Shown here in pieces: positions 25,921-35,970 of a stretch of DNA of 44,204 nt. Location: positions 1 to 44,204 of the IMG/VR virus record IMGVR_UViG_3300031460_000088. One strand, 5' to 3'. The stretch comes from a virus. Taxonomy: Duplodnaviria > Caudoviricetes. The notes beneath the pieces were generated by a model that worked only from the letters and a program-made list of their open reading frames with translations, was not told the origin of the DNA and did no database searches. The position numbers and the translations under genes are program-made. Each line of letters opens with the position of its first letter. Position 1 is the first letter of the stretch.

Positions 25921-26339
25921 TGGCCTCGGTTGAGCTGAACGGCGAGACGTTCCAGTTACGGTCGAAGGTTCCGCCGTTCGTGACGATGTCGTTCGCCCGT
26001 GCTACCCGCGACTCGAGCGACGCATCGCAGATGGACCAGCTCGCGGCGATGCTGGACCTGCTCCAGGGTGCGCTCCGCAAGGACGAGTGGCCCCGGTTCG
26101 TCAAGATGGCGTCCGACATCGAGGAAGAGGACGACCTGCTGGTCGTGGTCAACGCCGTGTTCGAGGCACTCGCGGACCGCCCTACTGGGCAGCCCTCCGA
26201 ATCTTCGGATGGGCTGACGAACACCGAGTCGAAGTCACCGTCGCAGCCCGTCGCTTCGGTTACGTCACTGCCCGAGCAGACTCCGGTGCGACCGGACGTG
26301 GTCCTGGCAGCACGGCGGTCTGGACTGATCTCGGCCTGA
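25920..26339 (+). CDS. Tail assembly chaperone (short form)
   Basis: Follows major tail gene; RPTGQPSESSDG tail typical of actinophage chaperones. Confidence 0.8.
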   Translation: MASVELNGETFQLRSKVPPFVTMSFARATRDSSDASQMDQLAAMLDLLQGALRKDEWPRFVKMASDIEEEDDLLVVVNAVFEALADRPTGQPSESSDGLTNTESKSPSQPVASVTSLPEQTPVRPDVVLAARRSGLISA

Positions 26340-26575
26340 GCCTGCGGGACGTGTGCGACATCGCATACGTCCTGATGTTGGAGCGGGCCGAGCGGGTTGT
26401 CCTCGGCGACCGGCAGGCGTTGCTGGCAGCGGCTGCGACGAACGGCGCCGAGAACTATGAACCGCTGGACGTGGAAGCGGCGCTGGCGGCGTTCCACGAC
26501 CACGTCCATTCCGAACCGGGTTCTGTCGCGGACCCACTCCTCCAACGAATCCGGAAGCAGGTGGGCACGGCGTGA
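26180..26575 (+). CDS. Tail assembly chaperone C-terminal part reached by -1 frameshift
   Basis: -1 frame open from CCC TAC TGG (PYW) to 26575 and coupled to next gene; no clear independent start. Confidence 0.6.
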   Translation, partial: PYWAALRIFGWADEHRVEVTVAARRFGYVTARADSGATGRGPGSTAVWTDLGLSLRDVCDIAYVLMLERAERVVLGDRQALLAAAATNGAENYEPLDVEAALAAFHDHVHSEPGSVADPLLQRIRKQVGTA

Positions 26576-27012
26576 TTGTTGACGGGTCCGTCGAGCTAGC
26601 CGCGCTGTCGGCGCGGTTGAAAGCTGCTGGCGCGGGTGGGATCAAGCTGCAAATGGTCCGCGCGTTGAAGGCGGCGGGGAAGCCGGTTGTCGACGACTTG
26701 AAGGTCGCCGCGGCCGCGGACCTGCCGAAGCGTGGCGGTCTGGCTGCTCGGGTCGCGGGCCAGCCGATCACGGTGTCGGTCCGCACGACTGGCGCCACCG
26801 CCGGGGTCAGCATCCGGGCCAAGTACACGCGGACCAACTCGGGCACCTGGCGGCACCCCGTGTTCGGTAGTGGTATTTGGGTGACGCAGTCCTACGCTCC
26901 GGCCAAGGGCTGGTTCGACAAGACCGCGGAGAAGGACACGCCTGCGGCGCGGGCCGAGATGTTGGCGGTGCTGGAGATGGTCGCCATCGGCGTCAACGGA
27001 CGGGGGTTCTGA
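26572..27012 (+). CDS. HK97 gp10-like tail-completion/neck protein
   Basis: L.ARLKAAG..L..ALK..P..GGLA..WRHPVFG..WV.Q..GWF. Confidence 0.65.
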   Translation: MIVDGSVELAALSARLKAAGAGGIKLQMVRALKAAGKPVVDDLKVAAAADLPKRGGLAARVAGQPITVSVRTTGATAGVSIRAKYTRTNSGTWRHPVFGSGIWVTQSYAPAKGWFDKTAEKDTPAARAEMLAVLEMVAIGVNGRGF

Positions 27013-30000
27013 TGGCGAACTCCCTCTCCCTCGTCTGGGACCTGATCGCGGTCGACAACGCGTCGCGGACTTTCGAGAAGGTTGGGGCCTCCGCGGAGGG
27101 CGCGCATGGCATGATCGGCGGCCTCGTACTCGGGGTGGCCGGTGCCGCCGCAGGAGTGGCCGTCGAGTCGGTCAAGATGGCCGGCGACTTCGAGGCCGCC
27201 ATGACCCGGTTGATGACCTCCGCGGGTGAGTCGAAGGGCAACCTAAAACTAGTTGGGGACGGAATCCTCCAGATGGCCGGCCAGGTCGGGATCTCCGCCA
27301 CCGATCTCGCCAAGGGCATGTACGTCGTGGAGTCCGCTGGCTACCACGGGGCAGAGGCGCTCAACGTCCTCAAGGCGTCCGCGCAGGGCGCGAAGACCGA
27401 GAACGCGGATCTCGGCACCGTCGCTAACGCGGTTTCGACTATTATGCGGGACTTCGGCGCTTCCGCCGGAGATGCGACTCACGTCACGTCGACCCTGATC
27501 TCCGCTGTGTCTGTGGGCAAGACCAACTTCCAAGACCTCTCCGGTGCGATGCATGCGGTGATGCCCCGCGCAGCCGCGCTGCACATGTCGTTCCCTGAGC
27601 TCGCCGCCGATCTGGCGACGATGACCGCGCACGGCATGTCCGCGGAGCAGTCCGCGCAGAACCTCAACGGCGCCCTACGGAACCTGTCGAACCCGACGCT
27701 GGCGATGTCCAAGCGGATGGCCGACTTCGGCATCCAGTCCCACGACGTGTCCGCGAACTTGTCTAAGGACGGGTTGCAGGGGACCCTCGAGAAGCTGTCG
27801 GTCACGATCATGGACCGCATGGGCCCGGCGGGTACCCAGCTGAAAAGCGTGTGGAACCAGTCGAATCTGGCCGCGCAGGACGCGCAGAAGATGTTCGACG
27901 CCCTGTCGCCGAAGGCGCGGAAGCTGGCGCAGGACTACCGCGACGGCAAGATCCAGATGCACGACTGGACCGTCGGTGTCAAATACATGGACACTGCGAA
28001 CGGGAACCTGCTCAAGCAGTGGGCGGCCCAGGAGAACGCGTCTAAGGGCTTCTCGAATGCGCTGAAGACCGGTGGTGACACGGTCAAGACGTACACCGGC
28101 GCCCTGTCGGGCATGGTCGGTGGCCAGGAGGCCACCACGGTCGCGCTCATGCTGACCGGGGACCAATCGAAGTTCGCCACTGACAACATCAAGACCGTCA
28201 CCGCCGCGACGAATGACGCGAGTGGTGCGGTCAAGGGCTTCGGTGAGCAGCAGCAGACCCTGAACGGGAAGATCGCCGATATGAGGGGCGCCGTGTCGGC
28301 GCTGATGATCACGCTCGGCAACCAGATGGTGCCGATGGCGAAAGAGGCGTTCGACAACCTGAACCAGATCTTTGGGCAGTTCGCCAAGGGCTGGCGGGAG
28401 GGCTTCGCCGAGATCGGCCGCCTGGTGGTCACGCGCCTCACAGATACCTGGGGACCCCAGGCGACGGAGGCGTTCAACAGGCTGGGCGCCATCGCTGGGG
28501 AGTTCCGCAAGGGCTGGCGGGAGGGTTTCGCCGAGCTAGGCCGGCGGACTTTCACGATCCTCGGCGAGAACAACGACGCTATCCGTAACAAGATGATCGA
28601 GGTCTGGCACGACATTCTCCGCATCGTTGGCGAGAACAACGACAAGATCCGCGACAAGGTCATCGAGGTCAACGACGCGATCCGCGCCAAGGTCATTGAG
28701 GTCGGCGACGCGAACCGCGCGAAGGTCTACGAGGTCAACGACGCGATGCGGCAGAAGATCATCGACGTCAACGACGCGATCCGGAACAAGATCTTCGAGG
28801 TCAACGACGGCATCCGGCAGAAGATCATCGACGTAAACGATGGCATCCGGAACAAGGTCATCGAGGTCGGCGACGCGACCCGGAACTTCCTGTTCAGCAC
28901 CTGGTCGACGATCAGCGCGAACGCCACCAGTTGGTGGACCGGCATTGTCGACGGCATCTCCGGTATCTGGCACGGCATCGTCGAGAAGGTCAAGGGGCCG
29001 CTGAACGAGATCCTGACGTTCGTCAACGACCACTTCATCACCCCGCTGAACACCCTGTTCGAGAACATGCATGTCGGCATCAAGATCGACACGGTCAAGT
29101 TCGCCGACGGCGGTCTGGCGAGTATCCCGACCGGCGCGGCGCGCCACGCCGCCGGCGGTCCCGTCGGTGGCTACTCACCGCACGACCGGGCTGACAACAT
29201 CCCGGCCTGGCTGACCGCGGGTGAGTTCGTCCTGCCCGTCAAGGCGACGAACGCGCTACGGGCGCAGGGCGGCGACCAGCTCCTCGAGAGTCTGCGCGGC
29301 GGCGTCCTCGGTCGCGCGGACGGTGGCCTGGTTCGCGGCTACGCGGACGGTGGCAGCGTGTGGGACGCCATCAAGACCGGCTTGGGTGTCGCGGCGACCC
29401 AGACGGCCAACCCGGTCGCGACCATCGCCGCGGCGGCCACGTCGAACCCGCTCGACGCCATCAAGAAGATCGTTGCCTCGATCGTGTCCGGGATCGGGTC
29501 GGGTCCGTTCCCGCAGATTGCGGGCGCCGTCCTCACCCAAGCTGGTGAGGCACTCGCGCAGCAGGTCAAGGACGCCCTCGCCGCCATGAGCCAGAACGGG
29601 GCGTCGTCGACCGCGTCCGACGGGGCCGGCTCGTCGTCGGCCGTGCAGTGGGCCCTCGGTCATGTCGGCTCCAGCGGGTGGCTCGACAAGTGCCTCGCGT
29701 TCGTGAACGCGGCGTGGGGTCACAAGGTCAACTGGTTGGGGCTGCCTAGGGCGATCGACGCGTGGAACGCCGCGCCGGAGAAACACTCCGACACGAACCC
29801 ACCCGCTGGTGCCGCGCTGTTCTACACCACGGGGAACCCGGCTGGTCACGTCGACCTCGCCGTCGGACAGAACTCGATCGTGTCAACAGACCTCCCGGTC
29901 CGGGACAAGCTCGGACAGGTCGACTTCAACATGCCCATGTCGCAGTGGGGCGCGAAGTATCTCGGGTGGGCGATCCCCGGCGGCAGTGTCGCCGCCGTCG

Positions 30001-30614
30001 CGGCTGGGTCCGGGTCCGGGAACGTCGCTTACAACCCGAGCGCGGGCGTGTTGCAGTGGGCGAACAACGTGATGGCGGCGCTTGGCCGGACCGGGCAGCC
30101 GTCGTCGCTGATGAACACCACGTTGCAGCGGATGCAGCAGGAGTCCGGCGGGAACCCGAACGCGATCAACCTGTGGGACTCCAACGCCAAGGCGGGGACC
30201 CCGTCGAAGGGGCTCATGCAGATGATCGACCCCACCTTCCAAAGGTGGCGGGACTCGTCGCTGGCCAACAACATTTGGGACCCGGACGCGAACATCACCG
30301 GGTCGATGAGGTACGCCATCGGCAACTACGGCTCCCTCGCGTCGGCGTTCAACCGGCCCGGTGGGTACGCCGACGGTGGTGTGGTGAAGTTCGACACCGG
30401 CGGGTGGCTGCAACCGGGTTTCACGACGGCGTACAACGGCACCGGGAAACCGGAGCGGGTCCGCACCGCTGAGCAGGAGATGAGCGGCGGCGGCACGTTC
30501 CACCTGTACGACGTGTCCGGTGTGCTGATCGGGACGATGCGCGGGGAGATCGCCCGCGCTGACCGGGCAGCCCAACTCACCGCCGCCGCCGGTTCGTCCG
30601 TCGCCATCCGATGA
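27012..30614 (+). CDS. Tape measure protein with C-terminal CHAP/NlpC-like and SLT transglycosylase domains
   Basis: 1200 aa; TP901-type core; 11-aa repeats; CLAFV..GHV; QQESGGNPNAINLWDSNA..PSKGLMQ. Confidence 0.95.
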   Translation: MANSLSLVWDLIAVDNASRTFEKVGASAEGAHGMIGGLVLGVAGAAAGVAVESVKMAGDFEAAMTRLMTSAGESKGNLKLVGDGILQMAGQVGISATDLAKGMYVVESAGYHGAEALNVLKASAQGAKTENADLGTVANAVSTIMRDFGASAGDATHVTSTLISAVSVGKTNFQDLSGAMHAVMPRAAALHMSFPELAADLATMTAHGMSAEQSAQNLNGALRNLSNPTLAMSKRMADFGIQSHDVSANLSKDGLQGTLEKLSVTIMDRMGPAGTQLKSVWNQSNLAAQDAQKMFDALSPKARKLAQDYRDGKIQMHDWTVGVKYMDTANGNLLKQWAAQENASKGFSNALKTGGDTVKTYTGALSGMVGGQEATTVALMLTGDQSKFATDNIKTVTAATNDASGAVKGFGEQQQTLNGKIADMRGAVSALMITLGNQMVPMAKEAFDNLNQIFGQFAKGWREGFAEIGRLVVTRLTDTWGPQATEAFNRLGAIAGEFRKGWREGFAELGRRTFTILGENNDAIRNKMIEVWHDILRIVGENNDKIRDKVIEVNDAIRAKVIEVGDANRAKVYEVNDAMRQKIIDVNDAIRNKIFEVNDGIRQKIIDVNDGIRNKVIEVGDATRNFLFSTWSTISANATSWWTGIVDGISGIWHGIVEKVKGPLNEILTFVNDHFITPLNTLFENMHVGIKIDTVKFADGGLASIPTGAARHAAGGPVGGYSPHDRADNIPAWLTAGEFVLPVKATNALRAQGGDQLLESLRGGVLGRADGGLVRGYADGGSVWDAIKTGLGVAATQTANPVATIAAAATSNPLDAIKKIVASIVSGIGSGPFPQIAGAVLTQAGEALAQQVKDALAAMSQNGASSTASDGAGSSSAVQWALGHVGSSGWLDKCLAFVNAAWGHKVNWLGLPRAIDAWNAAPEKHSDTNPPAGAALFYTTGNPAGHVDLAVGQNSIVSTDLPVRDKLGQVDFNMPMSQWGAKYLGWAIPGGSVAAVAAGSGSGNVAYNPSAGVLQWANNVMAALGRTGQPSSLMNTTLQRMQQESGGNPNAINLWDSNAKAGTPSKGLMQMIDPTFQRWRDSSLANNIWDPDANITGSMRYAIGNYGSLASAFNRPGGYADGGVVKFDTGGWLQPGFTTAYNGTGKPERVRTAEQEMSGGGTFHLYDVSGVLIGTMRGEIARADRAAQLTAAAGSSVAIR

Positions 30615-30628
30615 GGAGCTGACCAATA

Positions 30629-31435
30629 GTGCCCACATCATCGGATGGCGTTGTCACCGTCACCATCTTGCCGGATCTGACGACGGTCCGGGTCGCGGTC
30701 GACTTCGCCACGGCTGGTTCGCCGTTGGCGGCGTCGTTCGCAGGCGTGTCCACGGTCACCGTCACCGAAAGCCTGACCGGGCGGGTGGTCCGCGGATTGT
30801 CGCGGGCCGTGGCCCCGGGCGCTGTCGCGGGCGGCGCCGACCACGAAGCACCGTTCGGCGTCGCCCAGTCCTACGTCGCGACCGCGTACGACGTTGCCGG
30901 AGTCTTGCTGGCGTCATCGGCAGTCGCCGCGATCACGGTTGCCAACCCTGTCTTCGGGTTCGCCACATGGATCAAGTCACTGACCACCCCGAGCCTGTCG
31001 GTGAACGTGAAGACCGTGATAATCCCCGACTGGACCGCGCCGATACCGGAGGGGGTGCTGCGGGTCATCGGCCGCGCCGACCCGATCGTCGTGCAGGACG
31101 TGCGCCAATATGAGAGCGGCGCCCTCGAGGTGCTCACCCAGTCCCCCGCAGCTGAGGCGGCGTTGACGGCGCTGCTGGCTTCCCCCGGCCCCTACCTGCT
31201 CCAGATGCCCGGGTACGGCACCGCGGACCGGTACGTCACCGTCGGCGCCGTGGGTCGGAAGCGTCCGGTGAACAAGGCTACCGAGACGTGGCGGACGTGG
31301 ATGCTGCCGTTGACGCAGGTCGCCCGTCCGTCCGTGGTCGGCTCCCGGGTGTCGGTCCCGGGTCACACGTACGCCGACTCGTCCGCGGCGTGGCCGTTGT
31401 ACGCCAGCCGCACCGGCACCTACTTGAGCCGCTGA
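30629..31435 (+). CDS. Minor tail (distal tail-like) protein
   Basis: DHEAPFG..Y, VIGRADPIVV.DVR..G; follows TMP. Confidence 0.8.
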   Translation: MPTSSDGVVTVTILPDLTTVRVAVDFATAGSPLAASFAGVSTVTVTESLTGRVVRGLSRAVAPGAVAGGADHEAPFGVAQSYVATAYDVAGVLLASSAVAAITVANPVFGFATWIKSLTTPSLSVNVKTVIIPDWTAPIPEGVLRVIGRADPIVVQDVRQYESGALEVLTQSPAAEAALTALLASPGPYLLQMPGYGTADRYVTVGAVGRKRPVNKATETWRTWMLPLTQVARPSVVGSRVSVPGHTYADSSAAWPLYASRTGTYLSR

Positions 31436-32589
31436 TGCAGCCCCGGTCGGCGGTGTTCGATGCGACCGTCGCCCGTTCGCACCAGTTGGTCGTGCGGGCA
31501 GACATCGTCCGCAACGGCAAGACGGTCGCGCGGGGGTTGCCGGTCACGGCCGGCAGCGTCACCGCGAACCGTACCCAGCTGGCGCGCCGCACCGCCGCTG
31601 TCACCATCGGCGACCCGGCATACATCCCGACTGGCGCACCTGGTGACCTCCTCGCGCCGTATGGCAACGAGCTCAGGCTTTGGCGTGGCGCGGTGACAGT
31701 CAACGGCCCGGAGCTGATCTGTGTCGGGACGTTCGGTATCCGGACGGTGACCTTCGACGATGGCGTGTTCAAGGGGATCGCGGTGACCGGGATCGACCGG
31801 TTCAAGCGGGTCGAGGAGACAAGGTTCCCGTTCCCGCGGACGTCGCCGCCGGCGGCGTCCGCGGTGGAGCAGATCAAGGCACTGCTGCTGGAGGTGGTGC
31901 CGTGGGCTGAGGTCCGGGTCGACCCGGACGTGATCGACGCCTCCCTGCCCAGGGTGACGTGGCCGCAGTCCCGGACCCAGGCGCTCATCGACCTGGTGTC
32001 GAGCTTGGGGTGCGAGGTGTTCGCAGACCCTTACGGCGACTTCATCATCCAGCCGCAGCCGTCGCCGAACGACCCGCCCGTGTTCACCGTCACCGGCGGC
32101 CTCGGCGGGGTTCTGATCGGGGCGCGGCACGACCTGACCCGGGATCAAGTGTTCAACGGGATCGTCGCCCGCGGGTCCACGACGACCGCTGGCGGCGCGA
32201 CGATCATTTCCAACCTGGTCACCGACGACGACCCGACGTCGCCGACGTTCTGGGGTGGCCCGTTCGGGAAGGTCGTCGGGTTCTACGACAGTGCCTTGTT
32301 CGCGGACAAGGACCAGGCGAACAACGCCGCGCGGGCGATGCTGGTGAACAACACCGGCGCCGCCAGGAGTATCAACTACTCGACGCTGGTGAACCCGGCG
32401 CTGGAACCGGGGGACGTGGTGCAGGTCATCCATCCCGACACCAGGATCGCCGAGCGGCACTTGCAGGACTCGATCACGATCCCGCTTGACGCGGCCGGGG
32501 TGATGACCGCCCAAACGCGGAGCACTCTCGCGGTGGTCAAGTACGTCCGACGGCGTCGGCAGCACCTGTACGGGGGAAACCTGTCGTGA
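31435..32589 (+). CDS. Minor tail / baseplate hub protein (DUF5047-like)
   Basis: LAPYGNELRLWRG, VFNG, DDDPTSPTFWGGPFG, NPALEPGDVV. Confidence 0.85.
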   Translation: MQPRSAVFDATVARSHQLVVRADIVRNGKTVARGLPVTAGSVTANRTQLARRTAAVTIGDPAYIPTGAPGDLLAPYGNELRLWRGAVTVNGPELICVGTFGIRTVTFDDGVFKGIAVTGIDRFKRVEETRFPFPRTSPPAASAVEQIKALLLEVVPWAEVRVDPDVIDASLPRVTWPQSRTQALIDLVSSLGCEVFADPYGDFIIQPQPSPNDPPVFTVTGGLGGVLIGARHDLTRDQVFNGIVARGSTTTAGGATIISNLVTDDDPTSPTFWGGPFGKVVGFYDSALFADKDQANNAARAMLVNNTGAARSINYSTLVNPALEPGDVVQVIHPDTRIAERHLQDSITIPLDAAGVMTAQTRSTLAVVKYVRRRRQHLYGGNLS

Positions 32590-33197
32590 GCGACCACCCC
32601 CGCGCGTCGGGGTACGTCCAGGCTGTCAACGGCGCCCTGGTCGACGTCCTCGCGTTAGGTGCCACGGTGCCTGGTCTGCCGTTCCCGCCGTGGTACAAGC
32701 CGCAGGTCGGCGACTCGGTGATCGTGTCGTGGTTGGGGTCGCAGCCATACGTGGAGACCATGCTCGCGGCGGCTTCCCCGCCGCCGGTGTTCTCCGCGAC
32801 CCAGAACACCCCGCAGACGGGGGTGGCGTTGAACACGTGGACGCCGGTCCTGTTCGACGCCGCGCTGATCGACACTCACGGCGGGCACAGCAACACGGTG
32901 AACCCGTCCCGGTACACCATCCCGGCAGACCGCGGCGGGACCTGGCAGTTCCAGGGAGTCGTCGCCATCGACGGCACCGGCACCGGTGGGGTGTGTCTCG
33001 CGGTGAACGGGGTCAAGGTGAAGGGGTCCGTTGTGACGAAGCCGTCCGGGGCGCCCGGTGCCTTCGCGACTCCGGCGAAGCTGATTACTGTCGCCGCCGG
33101 TGACTACGTCGAGGTCCTCTGGTATCTGTCCGCCGCCACCGGCACCTACGTCCAGCCGGACTTCGCGTCCTCGTTCGACGGACGGTTCATCCAGTGA
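32586..33197 (+). CDS. Minor tail protein (OB-like N-terminus, C1q-like C-terminus)
   Basis: YKPQVGDSV; NPSRYTIP..G.W..AAGDYVEV. Confidence 0.7.
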   Translation: MSDHPRASGYVQAVNGALVDVLALGATVPGLPFPPWYKPQVGDSVIVSWLGSQPYVETMLAAASPPPVFSATQNTPQTGVALNTWTPVLFDAALIDTHGGHSNTVNPSRYTIPADRGGTWQFQGVVAIDGTGTGGVCLAVNGVKVKGSVVTKPSGAPGAFATPAKLITVAAGDYVEVLWYLSAATGTYVQPDFASSFDGRFIQ

Positions 33198-33574
33198 GGG
33201 TCTGGTTCGGCGGCAACGTCGTCGACGGCCCGGACGACAGCAAGGGCTCCTCGGTGGTGTCCGGGCCGCTCGGAGCCAGGGCCACCGCGTGGACGACCCG
33301 CACCGGGAAGACACAGGTGACGGACCTGCTGCCGTTCGCTGGCGACCCGGCGCCGGTCGTGCTCGACGGGAGCGGCGTCCTGCGCCCGTTCCAGGGCCCC
33401 GACGGCGTGGACAGCCTGTGGCTGGACTTCGGCGACGGCGCCGCCCGCGTGCAGCTGCGCGGCCGGGGTCGTGTCGTCATGCCGCCTGCGGCGACGGACC
33501 TGCCGTCCCTGCTCATCCTGATCAACACGCTCCGCGCCGGTCTCATCCGCGCCGGGCTCGCCGCCGACAACTGA
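33194..33574 (+). CDS. Short tail-appendage protein
   Basis: W..RTG.TQVTDL..FQGPDGV..LWLDFG, then helix ATDL.SL...INTLRAGL..AGL. Confidence 0.6.
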   Translation: MRVWFGGNVVDGPDDSKGSSVVSGPLGARATAWTTRTGKTQVTDLLPFAGDPAPVVLDGSGVLRPFQGPDGVDSLWLDFGDGAARVQLRGRGRVVMPPAATDLPSLLILINTLRAGLIRAGLAADN

Positions 33575-33589
33575 GGCTGAGGAGCACGC

Positions 33590-34312
33590 ATGCCGAACAC
33601 CCCGATCACGGGCGTCCCGATCCCAGCGGCCGGGGCCACAGACCAAGTCCCCGCCGACCTGATGACCGCGTTCAGCAACGCGGAGACGATGTTCGTCGGC
33701 CGGTTCGCGTCAGCGTCAGACCGGGACGGGAAGATCACGTCCCCGGTCGGCGGGCAGGTGGCGTGGCTGATCTCGCCGGGGAAGTTCGTCTACTACGACG
33801 CCGTTTTGGCAGCGTGGGCGGACATGATGAACCCGACGGGGTGGGACACGTGGACCCCGGTATTGCAGTCCGGCACCGGGGTGGCGTTCACCCTCGGCAC
33901 CGGGTCGTCGCAGATCGGCCGTTACCGGCTGACCGGTAAGAAGGTCGACTTCCAATGCACCTGGAACTTCGGGTCCTCCGTGTCCGGCCCGGGCGGGTCG
34001 CTGGTGTTCCAGTTCCCGCCAGGACTACCGGCCGCGAACATCTCCACGTTGAACCAGACCGGGCCGTGCGGCCTGTTCGTGCCTAACACCTCCGACAACT
34101 GGCTGGGGTTCTGGTCGGTCGGGGCCGGCCAGAACACGGGCGTGCTGCACTTCCCACGCTCCAACACCAACTGCGCGCAGACGTACTTCCAGGACACGTC
34201 CGACGGGTCGTCGGCTGGCACCGGTGTCCCCCTCGTCACCGGGACGGCGTTCAACTACCCCATCCAGGTCAACGGCACCTTGACCGCGTCCGGCGAATAC
34301 GAGCTCGCCTGA
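33590..34312 (+). CDS. Tail fibre / receptor-binding protein
   Basis: RFASASDRD..P..GQVAW, WDTWTP, GRYRLTGKKV, SGEYE. Confidence 0.8.
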   Translation: MPNTPITGVPIPAAGATDQVPADLMTAFSNAETMFVGRFASASDRDGKITSPVGGQVAWLISPGKFVYYDAVLAAWADMMNPTGWDTWTPVLQSGTGVAFTLGTGSSQIGRYRLTGKKVDFQCTWNFGSSVSGPGGSLVFQFPPGLPAANISTLNQTGPCGLFVPNTSDNWLGFWSVGAGQNTGVLHFPRSNTNCAQTYFQDTSDGSSAGTGVPLVTGTAFNYPIQVNGTLTASGEYELA

Positions 34313-34340
34313 CGTACACCCCGGAACTTGGAGGCCCAAA

Positions 34341-35063
34341 ATGACAGAGCCCGACGAGGTGTCGCTGCGGACCTTCCTGGAGCAGCGTATCGACGCCCAG
34401 GGCGCGGCGAGCAGCCTGTCCGACGCGGTGTCCGCGGAGGCGGTGCGGATCGCTCTGGAGGCGCAGAAGACGGCGTTGAGCGCGGCACTGGAGGCGCAGA
34501 AGCAGGCGTTGGAGGCGCAGAAGGAGGCGGTGCGAATCGCCCTGCAAGTGGTTGAGTCGGGCGCCACCTTGCACGCCATGAACCACGACCGGGCTCACGA
34601 GGCGCACGAGCGGGTGCACCGGCTGGAGAAGGAGTGGCTGGTGAAGTCGGAGGGGGCGATGGACACCCGCCTGTCGGCGATGAACCAGTTTCGGGAGCAG
34701 CTCAAGGAGCAGGCTGCGTCGTTCGTAACCCGTAGCGAGGCGGAAACTGTCGCCCTCGCCCGGCAGTCCCGCTTCGAGGTGGCCGCCGACGCGATCAGCA
34801 AGAGGGTCGCTGAGACCGAGAGAGCCCGCGAGGAGCTCCGGCTCGAAATGCAGGCGTTCCCCAACCGGAACGAGGTGGGAACCCAGATCAACGCCGTCAA
34901 CGCGAAGCTCGATGTTGCGGACGACGCACGCCAGAAGCAGGCGGAAGAGCTGGCGTCAATGCGGTCCCGGAGTCAGACCTTCCAGGTCATCATCGTCGTC
35001 GCGCTCCCGGTCCTGTCGATCCTGGTCAACGTCCTGTTCTCGTTCCTGCAGGCAAAGCCGTGA
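34341..35063 (+). CDS. Coiled-coil protein with C-terminal TM helix
   Basis: ALEAQK repeats, His-rich segment, C-terminal hydrophobic helix; GGAGG SD. Confidence 0.75.
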   Translation: MTEPDEVSLRTFLEQRIDAQGAASSLSDAVSAEAVRIALEAQKTALSAALEAQKQALEAQKEAVRIALQVVESGATLHAMNHDRAHEAHERVHRLEKEWLVKSEGAMDTRLSAMNQFREQLKEQAASFVTRSEAETVALARQSRFEVAADAISKRVAETERAREELRLEMQAFPNRNEVGTQINAVNAKLDVADDARQKQAEELASMRSRSQTFQVIIVVALPVLSILVNVLFSFLQAKP

Positions 35064-35160
35064 CTCTCCCAGACGGCGGGCGGCCGTTTTCTCCGGGTGA
35101 TCTTCTGCTGCTGCTCCAGCGGGGAGCGCCGGTGACCTCATGGACCAGAAAGGCAACATC

Positions 35161-35970
35161 ATGATGCAAGGATTCGACATCGCGAACGTCAACGGGAGCG
35201 GCATCATCGGCCGCGCTCTGACCGGGGACTTCGTGATCTGCAAGACCACCGAGGGGCTCAGGTTCGTTGACGGCGACCACGACTCGTTCGTGGCGCAGGC
35301 ACGCTCGGCGGGAAAGCTGGTCGGGCACTACCACTACGCGCACATCAACAACAGCGCCACCGTTGAGGCTGACTTCTTTGTGCAGCACGCGTCCGCGCAA
35401 CCCGGCGACGTCATGGTTCTCGACTTCGAGCCCTACGGCCAGGCCGGCGCCGACTCCGCGTACGCGACGTGGATTCTCGAGTTCTGCCGCCGCGTCCACG
35501 CCGCGACGGGTGCGCGCTGCTGGTTGTACCTGAACGACGACATGGCTTCCCGCTCGATCCGCGCTGGAAGTCAAGCCGACTGCGACGCGATGAGGGCCGA
35601 GCTGCCGCTGTGGAAAGCCTGCTACACCGGCGCAGCGGGCAGCGCCTACGGGTTCGTCATGGCCGCTTGGCAGCACACCGACCAGGGCGGCATCGACCAA
35701 AACACGTTCTACGGCGACGCCTCGACGTGGGCCGACTTCGCTGTCCCAGCACCACCCGCACCACCCGCACCCGCACCGACACCCCCTGGAGATGACATGG
35801 CTGTTTCACCCAACTTCGAGCCCAACTTCGACGCCCTCAACACCGACCTGCGCGCGTGGTGCAAGGCGATGGACGCAAAGTTCGACGCCCTCAACAAGGA
35901 CCTCCGAGCCGACCTGGCCCGCAAGCAGCAGGAGCTCGACGCGATCCAGGCGAAGGTCCTCGGGAAGTGA
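35161..35970 (+). CDS. Endolysin 1, GH25 muramidase
   Basis: GFDIA, FVICKTTEG, GHYHY, VLDFE (DxE), WQHT..IDQN; Pro linker; coiled-coil tail. Confidence 0.92.
   Translation: MMQGFDIANVNGSGIIGRALTGDFVICKTTEGLRFVDGDHDSFVAQARSAGKLVGHYHYAHINNSATVEADFFVQHASAQPGDVMVLDFEPYGQAGADSAYATWILEFCRRVHAATGARCWLYLNDDMASRSIRAGSQADCDAMRAELPLWKACYTGAAGSAYGFVMAAWQHTDQGGIDQNTFYGDASTWADFAVPAPPAPPAPAPTPPGDDMAVSPNFEPNFDALNTDLRAWCKAMDAKFDALNKDLRADLARKQQELDAIQAKVLGK
35794..35967 (+). repeat. 174-bp direct repeat, copy 1
   Basis: Identical to 36423-36596. Confidence 0.95.
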
